Below, piece after piece: positions 45,970 through 54,705 of a stretch of DNA of 64,000 nucleotides. The notes beneath the pieces are model-generated. The model was not told where the DNA came from. It searched no databases and was given only the letters and a program-made list of their open reading frames with translations. The stretch is from a virus: the IMG/VR virus record IMGVR_UViG_3300045051_000081, positions 7,072 to 71,071 of that record. One strand, 5' to 3'. Made by a program: the position numbers and the translations under genes. The stretch's first letter is position 1. Each line of letters begins with the position of its first letter.

Positions 45970-46146
45970 TCAGACTCCTTCTTTGTGTTTGAGCTTCTCC
46001 AATAAGAGCATCCTTGCCCACGAGGAAAGCTGGAGCCCTTTCCTGTCGGCATCGGATTCAAATCTCACCCGCTCGTCCTCGGTCAGACGCACCACCATGA
46101 TGGACGTGCGCAGCGACGGCTTTGCTTTTCGCGGTTTTTTGCTCAT
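45970..46146 (-). CDS. Small ribbon-helix-helix DNA-binding protein
   Basis: MSKKPRKAKPSLRTSIMVVRLTEDERVRFESDADRKGLQLSSWARMLLL has a MobC/CopG-like strand-helix-helix pattern. Confidence 0.7.
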   Translation of the reverse strand: MSKKPRKAKPSLRTSIMVVRLTEDERVRFESDADRKGLQLSSWARMLLLEKLKHKEGV

Positions 46147-46166
46147 AGCGTCCCTCTCGGCTAGAC

Positions 46167-46196
46167 AAGCTAACCGAATTGTATTACGAAAGTCAA
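46167..46196 (-). promoter_or_regulatory. Sigma70-like promoter for the RHH-tasA-array operon
   Basis: Minus strand TTGACT-18 nt-TAGCTT in an AT-rich divergent intergenic gap. Confidence 0.55.
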
Positions 46197-46215
46197 CACA
46201 TCGGACAGCGCGCCA

Positions 46216-46454
46216 TGACATATGAGATCCAGCACATAGCCCGGATCAGGGAACTGGAAGCCGAGCTAGCCAAGGTACGCGAGGGGGCCGCGCTCATCGT
46301 GCATGCCCTGAACTGCGCAATCCAACTGACAGAGGCTCTTATCACGTATATGCCGGATCAGAGCCCGTTGCATCCTAGTGTGGGTGCCTGCAAAGGCGCG
46401 CTGGACAACGCAATGCGAGCGATCAACGTGACGTTAAGGAACCCAGTCCCATGA
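46216..46454 (+). CDS. Hypothetical protein
   Basis: First gene of a divergent plus-strand operon. Confidence 0.5.
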
Positions 46455-46894
46455 ACGGCTCCGACCCAATGCCAGAGCATGATAACGAGGTGGCACGGCT
46501 GAAGGCCGAGATCGAGCGGCTTGAGCACAACCAGATCACCGCCTCGCACACCGCGATTGCACAGGCCGCCGCCATTCAGGCCCAGCATGCCAGCGCCAGC
46601 ATGCGCGAGGCTGACGCCCAAATGCAGCGCGCTGATGCGCTCGACGCCAAATGCACACAGTTCACCAATGCGCTGATGCGGGCGATGAGCTTGATCGATG
46701 AGCTTCTCCGGGAGAATACAAGGCTCTGCGCTGCATCGGGCGACCCACCCAGCGTGAGATTATTCGCAGCCAAGAATAGCTTCGATGTGGCGATGCACAA
46801 GCTGTTGGGGGATGGTGATCAAGCAACCACCACTGCTGACACTACCGAGGTCACTACGAGTCTGACAATCTCAACAGAAGGAGAAGCCAAATGA
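46451..46894 (+). CDS. Coiled-coil hypothetical protein
   Basis: ATGA overlaps at both ends. Confidence 0.55.
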   Translation: MNGSDPMPEHDNEVARLKAEIERLEHNQITASHTAIAQAAAIQAQHASASMREADAQMQRADALDAKCTQFTNALMRAMSLIDELLRENTRLCAASGDPPSVRLFAAKNSFDVAMHKLLGDGDQATTTADTTEVTTSLTISTEGEAK

Positions 46895-47685
46895 AGCACC
46901 TCGTTTTTCCCGAGCTAGTACGGGTCGCCAAGACCCAAGAGTTCAACCAATGGCTGGTTGCCGATGCCGTGCTCAAGGAGACCACCGAGAACAACACCGG
47001 CACCAAGGGCCTCATGGCGGCGCAGGAAGAACTCAAGGAGAACGGCGTCGAGTACACGATTGCGTACTTGAGACTTCTTCGACAAGCGGCGGAGATGTTC
47101 TCCCACAACCGCAGGCACAAGGGTCTTCCGCTGCGGGTACACTTCGCGGCGGGTCACCCGGATGCGCTGGATGTCATCGTGGCGGCTGCCGAGAAGGCGG
47201 GGAGGGCCGTCTCGCAGGCCTTCGTGGAAGATGTCCTTCGCGAAATCCGGGCCGAGGCGCGCGAGAAGGCCGCCGAGGAACGCAGACGGCTCCACAAGAT
47301 GGAAGCCAAAGCAGCAGAGGAGGAACTCAAGGCCCAGACCCCCGAAGAAAGAGAGAAGGCCAAGGCCAAGCGCAAGAAGGCCCGTGCGAGACGCCAAGCC
47401 GTGCGCTCGCCCCGGCGCAAGGATCTGCCCGCCCCCGAGGAGAAGGATGTCAATCCGCTCGCGGCGCGCGCGCAGTTCATGAAGAACGCCAACGAGGCTC
47501 GCCGCCTCGCCAACAAGTCCCTCAAGCTGATCAAGTCCAATCTTGACGAGTATTCGCCCGCCGCCATTGCAGGATTGCTGGACGCTTGCCTGACGGTCGC
47601 GAACACATGGCGAGAATCCGCCAACACGCTGGGATCCACCCAGCGCAAGAGCGGCAAAGGACTTCTGTCAGTGGTCAACGAGTAA
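46891..47685 (+). CDS. Putative DNA-binding protein with LmbU-like N-terminus
   Basis: QWLVAD...Y..AYLR.LR.AA..F...RR...L....H pattern; AGGAG SD. Confidence 0.5.
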   Translation: MKHLVFPELVRVAKTQEFNQWLVADAVLKETTENNTGTKGLMAAQEELKENGVEYTIAYLRLLRQAAEMFSHNRRHKGLPLRVHFAAGHPDALDVIVAAAEKAGRAVSQAFVEDVLREIRAEAREKAAEERRRLHKMEAKAAEEELKAQTPEEREKAKAKRKKARARRQAVRSPRRKDLPAPEEKDVNPLAARAQFMKNANEARRLANKSLKLIKSNLDEYSPAAIAGLLDACLTVANTWRESANTLGSTQRKSGKGLLSVVNE

Positions 47686-47704
47686 GGATTAAGGATGGGA
47701 TAAT

Positions 47705-48202
47705 ATGTCGATCATGTCGGAATACGCTGACTTTCTGTACGACGCGCTCCCGTGCCGTACCTACGAAGATATCTTGGTGGAGATGAAGAAGACCTTCCCC
47801 GCCTTCACCCTGACGATGGTGAATAATACTATACACTGGATCCGCGCGCACCAAGACGAGAACGATCCCGACTATCCCGGCTTCAACATCGCGTACATCA
47901 AGGTCGGAATGCCGGGATGGGACGAAGGGTTACGCATCTTCGCCATCAACAAGAACGACCCCTCATTCAAGTTCGATGACGACCAGAGAGACCACTTCGA
48001 CAATGGCCTTCTGATGACGGCGCTAAGCGTGGACACCCGCATCCGGTTCCAGATCGAGATGCTGGAGGCTGGGCAAATCCACGAGGTCAGGCGGGTCTAC
48101 CGCGAGGCCTACGAGGACTACGCCTATGCCCTGCAAGGAATGATCCGGGCCATCAAGCGGGCACAGCGGATCATCAAGGAGAAACAGAACGGAACAACCT
48201 GA
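47705..48202 (+). CDS. Hypothetical protein
   Basis: 165-aa ORF with coding-like GC3 bias. Confidence 0.65.
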   Translation: MSIMSEYADFLYDALPCRTYEDILVEMKKTFPAFTLTMVNNTIHWIRAHQDENDPDYPGFNIAYIKVGMPGWDEGLRIFAINKNDPSFKFDDDQRDHFDNGLLMTALSVDTRIRFQIEMLEAGQIHEVRRVYREAYEDYAYALQGMIRAIKRAQRIIKEKQNGTT

Positions 48203-48243
48203 CACTTCCCGGCACTTTCTGACACTTCCCGACACTCAGCGTC

Positions 48244-48277
48244 AAGAGCCTCCAGATTCATCCTCTGGGGGCTCTTT
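48244..48277. terminator. Probable bidirectional intrinsic terminator
   Basis: AAGAGCCTCCAG-loop-CTGGGGGCTCTTT between convergent genes. Confidence 0.65.
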
Positions 48278-48451
48278 AATTTAAGGTCTTCCGACGAATG
48301 TAGGGTTTGCGTTGCGGGAAATCGGCCCAGAACCAGATGCCCTCGCGCGGGATCATTGGATATAGCTCCGGGAACGCTGGAAAAATCCCGGCCCACGGAT
48401 GTAGCGCAAAGCCGTAACGCTCAGTCATCGACAGCCTTCAGCCCATCACAA

Positions 48452-48865
48452 TTATGGCTTGCTCTGTCCTGCACCACCAAGCCCACCACGGCCTAGACCG
48501 TAGTGAGCGCCGTGACGCTTGAGCACGTCCTCCAGCATCTCCTTGGTGGTGTGGCGCTCGGCCTTGAGCCGCTCGTTCTCCAGCCGCATCGGCATCTGCT
48601 CATTCTTGAGCCGCTCGTTCTCCGCCTTCAGGTTCTCGATATCGAGGCATAGCTGTTGCTGATCGGCGCGCAGCTTCTCACCCTCCTTACGCCAATCATC
48701 AAGCTCATCCTTGAGGTGCGCGTTCTTGGCGTGCAAATCCTCGTTCACAAGCGCCTTGTAAACTTCCACCTCACCTCGCAACCGTGCGATCTCGTCCAGC
48801 GCCGCGCGCAGGGCTATGTCGGCCTTCGCCATATTGGCGCGGCAAGGCTCGTGAATGTCGGTCAT
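48452..48865 (-). CDS. Coiled-coil hypothetical protein
   Basis: GGAG SD before MTDIHEPC; repeated LKAENERLK heptads. Confidence 0.55.
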   Translation of the reverse strand: MTDIHEPCRANMAKADIALRAALDEIARLRGEVEVYKALVNEDLHAKNAHLKDELDDWRKEGEKLRADQQQLCLDIENLKAENERLKNEQMPMRLENERLKAERHTTKEMLEDVLKRHGAHYGLGRGGLGGAGQSKP

Positions 48866-49013
48866 GGCTTTTGCTCCAAGGCGCTGACGGTCAGTGCGGC
48901 TTGAGCCAGCGCCATCCACTTTTCTTTCCATTCGTCTCGCTCGCGAGTTAGCCGCTCGATCTCGGCCTCCAGCTTCTCGCACTTATCCAACAGTCTCCCA
49001 TATGCTCGCTCGC

Positions 49014-49214
49014 TCATGGCTTAGGCTCTTTGGGCTCTTGGGGAGGCTCCTTAAAGAAGCCGCGCTCTTGCAGATCATCGATGACCTTGGCGGCGGTCTC
49101 CGAGAATATCCACCAGTTGGGCGAGCCATCCGTGCTGTCAATCGGCTCGATTCCAACGATGCGGCACAACCCCATCGCAAGCACCTTCTTGGCGTGCTCG
49201 ACTCTGGTCGTCAC
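49014..49214 (-). CDS. Hypothetical protein
   Basis: Coupled small ORF. Confidence 0.45.
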   Translation of the reverse strand: MTTRVEHAKKVLAMGLCRIVGIEPIDSTDGSPNWWIFSETAAKVIDDLQERGFFKEPPQEPKEPKP

Positions 49215-49402
49215 AGCACCGCCCCTAGTTCGTTCATCAAATCCAACATCACGTTGGCGTTGAACTCGGTGGGCTCCTTGTAGCCGAGCATGTGATAACG
49301 GTAGGCCTTCTCGGCGGCCCGCTCGATGGCCTTGAGCCGCACGATCTCGGCATCCTTCTCCGCCAAGGCATTGTGCACCGCATCAACCTGAAAGCCGTTC
49401 AT
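49211..49402 (-). CDS. Hypothetical protein
   Basis: GGAGG SD; coupled to the next ORF. Confidence 0.5.
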   Translation of the reverse strand: MNGFQVDAVHNALAEKDAEIVRLKAIERAAEKAYRYHMLGYKEPTEFNANVMLDLMNELGAVL

Positions 49403-49405
49403 GGC

Positions 49406-49660
49406 TTACCTCCAGCCTTGCCAAAAGCGCCGGGTCACCACCGGGTTTGCTATGATCGCTGCCGCTGCCGCCACAACCGGTATCCAGACGTGCGGCATCG
49501 CCAGCGGAGCGCGCGTCAAGGTCAGTAACCCGGTCGCCTCCCGTGTAATGGTGTAGCCCAGCGCAACCTCCTGCCAGTCGTAAGGCACCGAGGTGCCCTC
49601 AACCTTCAACTGTGCCAAATGGCCCAGCCAAGGATCAACGAACTGATCGGAAATCGCCAT
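49406..49660 (-). CDS. 84-aa protein containing major-capsid-like segments and a hydrophobic C-terminus
   Basis: LAQLKVEGTSVPYD and QEVALGYTITREA versus MCP LAREKGEGASTYFD and KELSLGYVVTRKA; GGAGG SD. Confidence 0.55.
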   Translation of the reverse strand: MAISDQFVDPWLGHLAQLKVEGTSVPYDWQEVALGYTITREATGLLTLTRAPLAMPHVWIPVVAAAAAIIANPVVTRRFWQGWR

Positions 49661-50111
49661 GAAGCCTCCCGTCTGCCGCCTCTGCCACGAAGCCCACTGG
49701 GGTAGCTGCCCTACCTTCGCTGGCGAGCATGTCCCCCGCCTCAGCAACCAGAGGAAGTCATGGCCACCCTCACGTCCACCTTCGTCTCCTGCCTCATCAT
49801 CGTCGCCATCCTCAGTATCCCCGCCAGCCTCGCCCTCATCGTCATCGCCCACTACCTCAGCCGAGATGCTGCCGTCCGACAACCTCGTCACCCTGCGGCA
49901 ACGGATCGCCGACCTCGAACTGCGGGTCACCCAACTGGACGCACGCCTGACCAAAGCTGAAGCTGGCGTTGTGACAAAGAGGACAAAAGGGACAAAGTCC
50001 GAGGACAAACCTAGCGGGACAAAAGGGGGTCGTCCAGCAAGTTTGTCCCCCTCCGCTGCCGCACTCAAGAAACGCAGGCAGCGCGCCAAGCTAGCTAAAG
50101 AGGGGGGTTAG
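49659..50111 (+). CDS. Hypothetical protein with CxxC-H-C N-terminus and basic C-terminus
   Basis: MKPPVCRLCHEAHWGSC...GGRP...ALKKRRQRAK. Confidence 0.4.
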   Translation: MKPPVCRLCHEAHWGSCPTFAGEHVPRLSNQRKSWPPSRPPSSPASSSSPSSVSPPASPSSSSPTTSAEMLPSDNLVTLRQRIADLELRVTQLDARLTKAEAGVVTKRTKGTKSEDKPSGTKGGRPASLSPSAAALKKRRQRAKLAKEGG

Positions 50112-50306
50112 CCAGTAGAAACCCGGATTAGCAATGAAATCAAGACGTTGGGGCCAAAGTATAAAAATTGGCCAGATTTTTCTGGGGGGGGCCTTCTCAT
50201 ATTTATAATTCTCGCGCCGGGGGGTGCCGGGGGGCCTCGCCCCTGCCCTGCCGCCTGCGCCGCCACGCCGCGCGCCTGCTGTCTCATGAACAGCGGCACA
50301 GCCACG

Positions 50307-50813
50307 CTATCCCCTTGATCCATCTATGCTATCGTCGCTGTTGCTCTCGCCGGGAAGCACAGGGGAAGCGGCGCGACCGCGCTTCCTACGTACCGGACGG
50401 CCCTCCGGTATGTCGGGAGTCTCCGGGATCTGGGGAGACGGCGTCACATCGATAACCCCTTGTTCGCGCTTGGCTAACATCGCTTGGATGGCCTCGATGC
50501 CCGCTTCCAGTTGCTCGTCGCTCATGGCCTTCACGCCACCAGTGTGCGTGACCTCCAACTCGCGCGGCACCAGTAACACCAGCAACTTCAAGAAGATGGC
50601 AGGCGACTGACGCATGACCTTGTCGATGGCCTGCCGCCCTCCCGTCCTGAATGCGGCGTGCATCTCGCGTATGGTGTCGGCGTTCAACTCCCGGCGCGCA
50701 CGCGATGCGCCACCGGGGTTGCCAGACGCACCCGGCTCGAACCTCCCCTTGGCGTTGCGCTGTGCGGTGAGCTTGGCGTTGCTGGTGACCAACGCTGTCT
50801 GCCGATTGGACAT
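50307..50813 (-). CDS. terS: Terminase small subunit-like protein
   Basis: RNAKGRFEPGASGNPGG (DUF5681-like), P..FLKLLV.LVPRE and MSDEQL; same strand as terL and upstream of it. Confidence 0.65.
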   Translation of the reverse strand: MSNRQTALVTSNAKLTAQRNAKGRFEPGASGNPGGASRARRELNADTIREMHAAFRTGGRQAIDKVMRQSPAIFLKLLVLLVPRELEVTHTGGVKAMSDEQLEAGIEAIQAMLAKREQGVIDVTPSPQIPETPDIPEGRPVRRKRGRAASPVLPGESNSDDSIDGSRG

Positions 50814-51861
50814 GGTCTGACGGCCCTGTGCTGGGGGACAGAGGTGCCCTACATGCACCTGACTGTCTGGACGCCGCGACCCTAGCAGACCGTGGGCTGA
50901 TCCGCCTAGCTAGGCTGCGCTCGCACCCGGCTGCGCCCTGTGGCATGGCCTGCACAGCCAGTGCGTCGTCAGCCTGCCACAGTCCCGGCAAGCGACCAGA
51001 GGTGAGCCACCCGCATCCGGCCAGTCACCAGCCGCAACCGGCCTGCCGTTGGCCACGAGGTGGCGCACCGGGCTCGCCGCGCCCTCGCTGCGGTCCCGTC
51101 GCTTGACCCGCTTCCATACGTGACCGTGTACCATTGCAACCTAACCGCTAAGTGTGGCGCAGAAACCACATAGGATTATAATCCTAACCGGGTAAGTAAG
51201 TGTTGCCCCACTGCATCACCTCACTTGGGGAGAGGAAGGAGAGAGACACACTGAACCACCGGAAGACCCCTTACTGATGCACCAGCCCTCGCTGCTGCTG
51301 CACGCGCGCGAGTCTCCGACCCGATTCGGCACTAGGTCAAATCGGCCTGTGGATAACACCATCGGTAGTAGTACCCCTGACATGTTGCGTAAATGCCACA
51401 CTAGTGATGGTTACAACTGCAACGAGTACACAGATGGGGGCTGACACGATAGTTACATCGATAGAATCAGTGTAACTATCGTACTTGAACCGCTGCGCGA
51501 ATCAAATCACATCCAGATATTCCATAACGTGTTCTCGCTACGTGCTCATTCGGATGCCTCTGGGAGCCCCTGCGGAGCCCGCTGGTGCGCTCCCGCGCCG
51601 ACCATGTCAGGGTAGCGCCCCTCCCGGATAAACGCACCAGCGGCGATTTCATCTGTGAGTTGTAGACCACAACTGTGAGCCTAAGTTCACACTCTTCGTT
51701 GACGTTGCACATAAGAAGAGTGGAACAAACGTCGAACAATCGTTACACACGTAACAGATTAAATCTCCTCCCGGATAGGACCGAGGGGTGGCGTTATGGC
51801 ATGGGTGAGCGTATAACATCGTCATACCCCTCGCCGAGGGGCCAACCGGAGTCTGACCATC

Positions 51862-52095
51862 ATGTCTCTCGAACAAGCCCTCGCAGTCGTCCAAGCCGCT
51901 GGCTATCGCGTCACCAAGCCCCGCGCTCCCAAGGCCAAGGCCCGCATGTTCAACGCGGTCGGCAAGCCCTTCTCCCCGTCATACGACCCCAACTACCGCA
52001 TGAAGCACAAGGTGAGCACCGCGCACCTGTTCAAGCCCTACGGCAGCGACATGCGCCTCACCCCTTGGACCTTCACCGTCGCAGGGCAGGCGTGA
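51862..52095 (+). CDS. Early hypothetical protein
   Basis: Preceded by GGAGTCTGAC. Confidence 0.55.
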   Translation: MSLEQALAVVQAAGYRVTKPRAPKAKARMFNAVGKPFSPSYDPNYRMKHKVSTAHLFKPYGSDMRLTPWTFTVAGQA

Positions 52096-52156
52096 CCCTT
52101 CGCAGCAGGCCCTGCGGGGCCTGTCACGAAGTGCCATCCCGGCCCTTCACAACAGG

Positions 52157-52939
52157 ATGTCTGACACCATGACGAACACTTGGACCAAGGCAAACGGCGC
52201 ATGGGCGGTGCAATGCCCGACCCAGCAAGCCCCCGGCACGGTCGTGACCGTGACCAACCGCGCAGGCGAGCAGAAGACCGCCACACTGGGCGCGCTCGTG
52301 GCCTCCACCCGCTGGGGCTTCGTGTACGCGGTCGCACCGCAGGCCCGTGAGCCCCGCGTCGAGGCGCAGGTGGGCGACGTGGGCGGCATCATGGCCTTGT
52401 TCAACCGCACCGCCAAGCGCCTCAAGTTCCCGGCCATCATGCTGTACATCCCCGGCGTTGACGACATTGTCGTGCGCGTCAACGTGGCAGGCCCGCGCGC
52501 CAAGGTTCCGGGCTCCCTCACCATCACGGGCGAGCGCAGCATGGACGGCACCCGCCCATGGTACGGGCGCATCTTGCAGGATGGCACCTATCAGCCCTCG
52601 CGGGAGGCACCGGCAGGCATTGCTGAGCGCCTTGCACAGTTCGCTGCCGAGCCCGCCAAGATCGCCAGCGAGCACGGCAAGCTCACTGGGCGCTGCTGCT
52701 TCTGCAACCTCCCGCTGGGTGGCAACAGCCCCAACAGCCCCTCCGGGCGCAAGTCCTTGGCCGTGGGCTATGGCGAGACCTGCGCCGCCAATTGGGGCCT
52801 GCCGTGGGGCAAGGACAAGGAGGCCTTCGTGGCCGAGGGCGTGCCCGCCACCCCTGCCCGCAAGATCGATCTGGATGACAACCCCCTCGACTACGAGGGC
52901 GACGACTACGCGGGCACCCTTCGCTACCTGCGCGCCTGA
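52157..52939 (+). CDS. DUF6011-like zinc-binding protein
   Basis: GRCCFCNLPL...S...GYGETCA; the start may be at 52169. Confidence 0.65.
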   Translation: MSDTMTNTWTKANGAWAVQCPTQQAPGTVVTVTNRAGEQKTATLGALVASTRWGFVYAVAPQAREPRVEAQVGDVGGIMALFNRTAKRLKFPAIMLYIPGVDDIVVRVNVAGPRAKVPGSLTITGERSMDGTRPWYGRILQDGTYQPSREAPAGIAERLAQFAAEPAKIASEHGKLTGRCCFCNLPLGGNSPNSPSGRKSLAVGYGETCAANWGLPWGKDKEAFVAEGVPATPARKIDLDDNPLDYEGDDYAGTLRYLRA

Positions 52940-52942
52940 CCG

Positions 52943-52999
52943 TTGACAATCCACGCCCCTGTCACTATGACAGGGGCTCAACCCTCTGAGGAGTCTGAC
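52943..52999 (+). promoter_or_regulatory. TTGACA box, palindrome and AGGAGTCTGAC leader
   Basis: TTGACA-atccacg-CCCCTGTCA cta TGACAGGGG...GAGGAGTCTGAC-ATG. Confidence 0.5.
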
Positions 53000-54637
53000 A
53001 TGACGACCGCCACCCTGATGACCACGACCGCTCTCACCCGCTCGCAGGCCGAGGCCGATAACGTCACCACGCTACTGCGTGCCCGCAACTGCATCCTCTG
53101 GTGCGTGACCTCCGAGGAGGCCCGCGTCGAGGTGCATCTGGCCGAGGCCGCCCTCGCCGCCAAGTTCCGCATCCGGTTTTGGGATTGCGGCGCAGGCGTC
53201 ACCGACATGCAGGGCCGCGCGCTAGGCCTCGACGGCAAGGTGCTTGAGCCCGACTACACCGGGCAGATCCCGCCCTCACCCTCCACGGGGGCCGACGTTG
53301 CCCTGCGCCAGATCAAAGACACCTCCGAGAAGGGGCCTGAGGCCTGCGTCTGGGTGATGCGTGACCTCCCGGCGTGGATCACGGGGCCGGGAGGCGTGCT
53401 GACGCTCCGCCCCCTGCGCAACCTCGCGCGCTCCCTCCCGGCGGCGGAGTATCCGCAGGCCATTATCGTGCTGAGCCCGAGCGCAGAGGTACCGCCCGAG
53501 CTTCAGGGCCATGCCGTGGTCATCAACTGGCCGATGCCCGACCGGGCCGAGCTTGCGGGCATGCTCGACAGGCTGGCGAGCAACTACAAGCTTGACCTCA
53601 ACGGGAGCAGGGACGCGGCCATCGATGCAGCCGTGGGCCTGAGCGGCGAGGAGGCCGAGTCCTGCTTTGCCCGGTCGCTGGTCGCGCTCAAGCGCATCGA
53701 CCCTGCGCGCATCGCACAGGAAAAGAAGACCGTCATCGCCAAGGCCGGTCTCTTGGAGTGGATGACGGCGCTCCCCGGCGGGTTCGATAACGTGGGCGGG
53801 CTCGACGTGGTCAAGACGTGGACCCTGCAGCGCAAGCTTGCGTACACCGCAGAGGCCCGCAGCTATGGCCTGCCACGCCCCAAGGGAGTCTTCCTCGTGG
53901 GCGTGTCGGGCTGCGGCAAGAGCCTCATCGCCAAGGCCATCGCGACCGTGTTTGGCGACTGGCCGCTCGTGCGTTGGGATTTCGGTGCCATGAAGAGCAA
54001 GTTCATGGGCGAGAGCGAGGGCAACTTTCGCAAGGTTCAAGAGATCCTCGCCACCATGGGCCGGGTCGTGGTGCTCATCGATGAGATTGAGAAGGGCCTG
54101 TCCGGTGCCGTCAATGGCGGTGCTGATGGTGGCGTGGCCGCCGACCAGCTTGGGTCATTCCTGACGTGGATGCAGGAGAGGCAGGACGAGGTGTTCGTCA
54201 TCGCCACATCCAACGACGTGACCAAGCTCCCGCCCGAGCTTCTCCGCAAGGGCCGCTTCGATGAGCTTTTCTGGGTCGATCTTCCGACCCATCGCGAGCG
54301 CATGTCGGTGCTCGCGGCTGCCCTGCGGCAGGCCGGTCGCGGCAAGATAGAGGTGAACCTAGAACAGGTCGCGGGAGCCACTGAGAAGTTCAGCGGCGCA
54401 GAGATATCCGCCCTCGTGCCCGATGCCATGTTCGCCGCCTTTGCCGATGGTGGGCGCGAGCTTGCGACCGCTGATCTGATCGCAGCGGCGCGTGCCATCA
54501 CGCCCCTTGCCGAGACCAGCAAAGAGACCATCGACAAGATGCGCGCATGGGCCAAGGGCCGCACCCGCCCCGCGACCACACCTGAGATGGTCGGCGAGGT
54601 GGCTGCTGCCCAGACCGGTCGCAAGCTTGACCTCTGA
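53000..54637 (+). CDS. Ycf46-like AAA+ ATPase
   Basis: Degenerate N-terminal AAA domain, then VGGLD, Walker A GVSGCGKS, Walker B LIDEIEKG and LPPELLRKGRFDELFWVDLP. Confidence 0.9.
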   Translation: MTTATLMTTTALTRSQAEADNVTTLLRARNCILWCVTSEEARVEVHLAEAALAAKFRIRFWDCGAGVTDMQGRALGLDGKVLEPDYTGQIPPSPSTGADVALRQIKDTSEKGPEACVWVMRDLPAWITGPGGVLTLRPLRNLARSLPAAEYPQAIIVLSPSAEVPPELQGHAVVINWPMPDRAELAGMLDRLASNYKLDLNGSRDAAIDAAVGLSGEEAESCFARSLVALKRIDPARIAQEKKTVIAKAGLLEWMTALPGGFDNVGGLDVVKTWTLQRKLAYTAEARSYGLPRPKGVFLVGVSGCGKSLIAKAIATVFGDWPLVRWDFGAMKSKFMGESEGNFRKVQEILATMGRVVVLIDEIEKGLSGAVNGGADGGVAADQLGSFLTWMQERQDEVFVIATSNDVTKLPPELLRKGRFDELFWVDLPTHRERMSVLAAALRQAGRGKIEVNLEQVAGATEKFSGAEISALVPDAMFAAFADGGRELATADLIAAARAITPLAETSKETIDKMRAWAKGRTRPATTPEMVGEVAAAQTGRKLDL

Positions 54638-54645
54638 CGTATAAC

Positions 54646-54705
54646 TTGACAAAGCCCATGACACCGTGTCATGGGTTATCCCCTCGAACCCAACAGGAGT
54701 CTGCC
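54646..54705 (+). promoter_or_regulatory. TTGACA box, palindrome and AGGAGTCTGCC leader
   Basis: TTGACA-aag-CCCATGACAC c GTGTCATGGG...CAACAGGAGTCTGCC-ATG. Confidence 0.5.

Noticed and set aside
44891-46021. IS110 transposase / insertion sequence
   Set aside because: It shares only the GVGP...YAGL C-terminal region. No N-terminal DEDD RuvC motif is seen, and the adjacent array fits Tas. The track start at 46021 overlaps the RHH gene, whereas 45967 has the leader motif.
48201-48236. Short GACACTTCC-like tandem repeats
   Set aside because: Only 3-4 imperfect copies with no associated feature.
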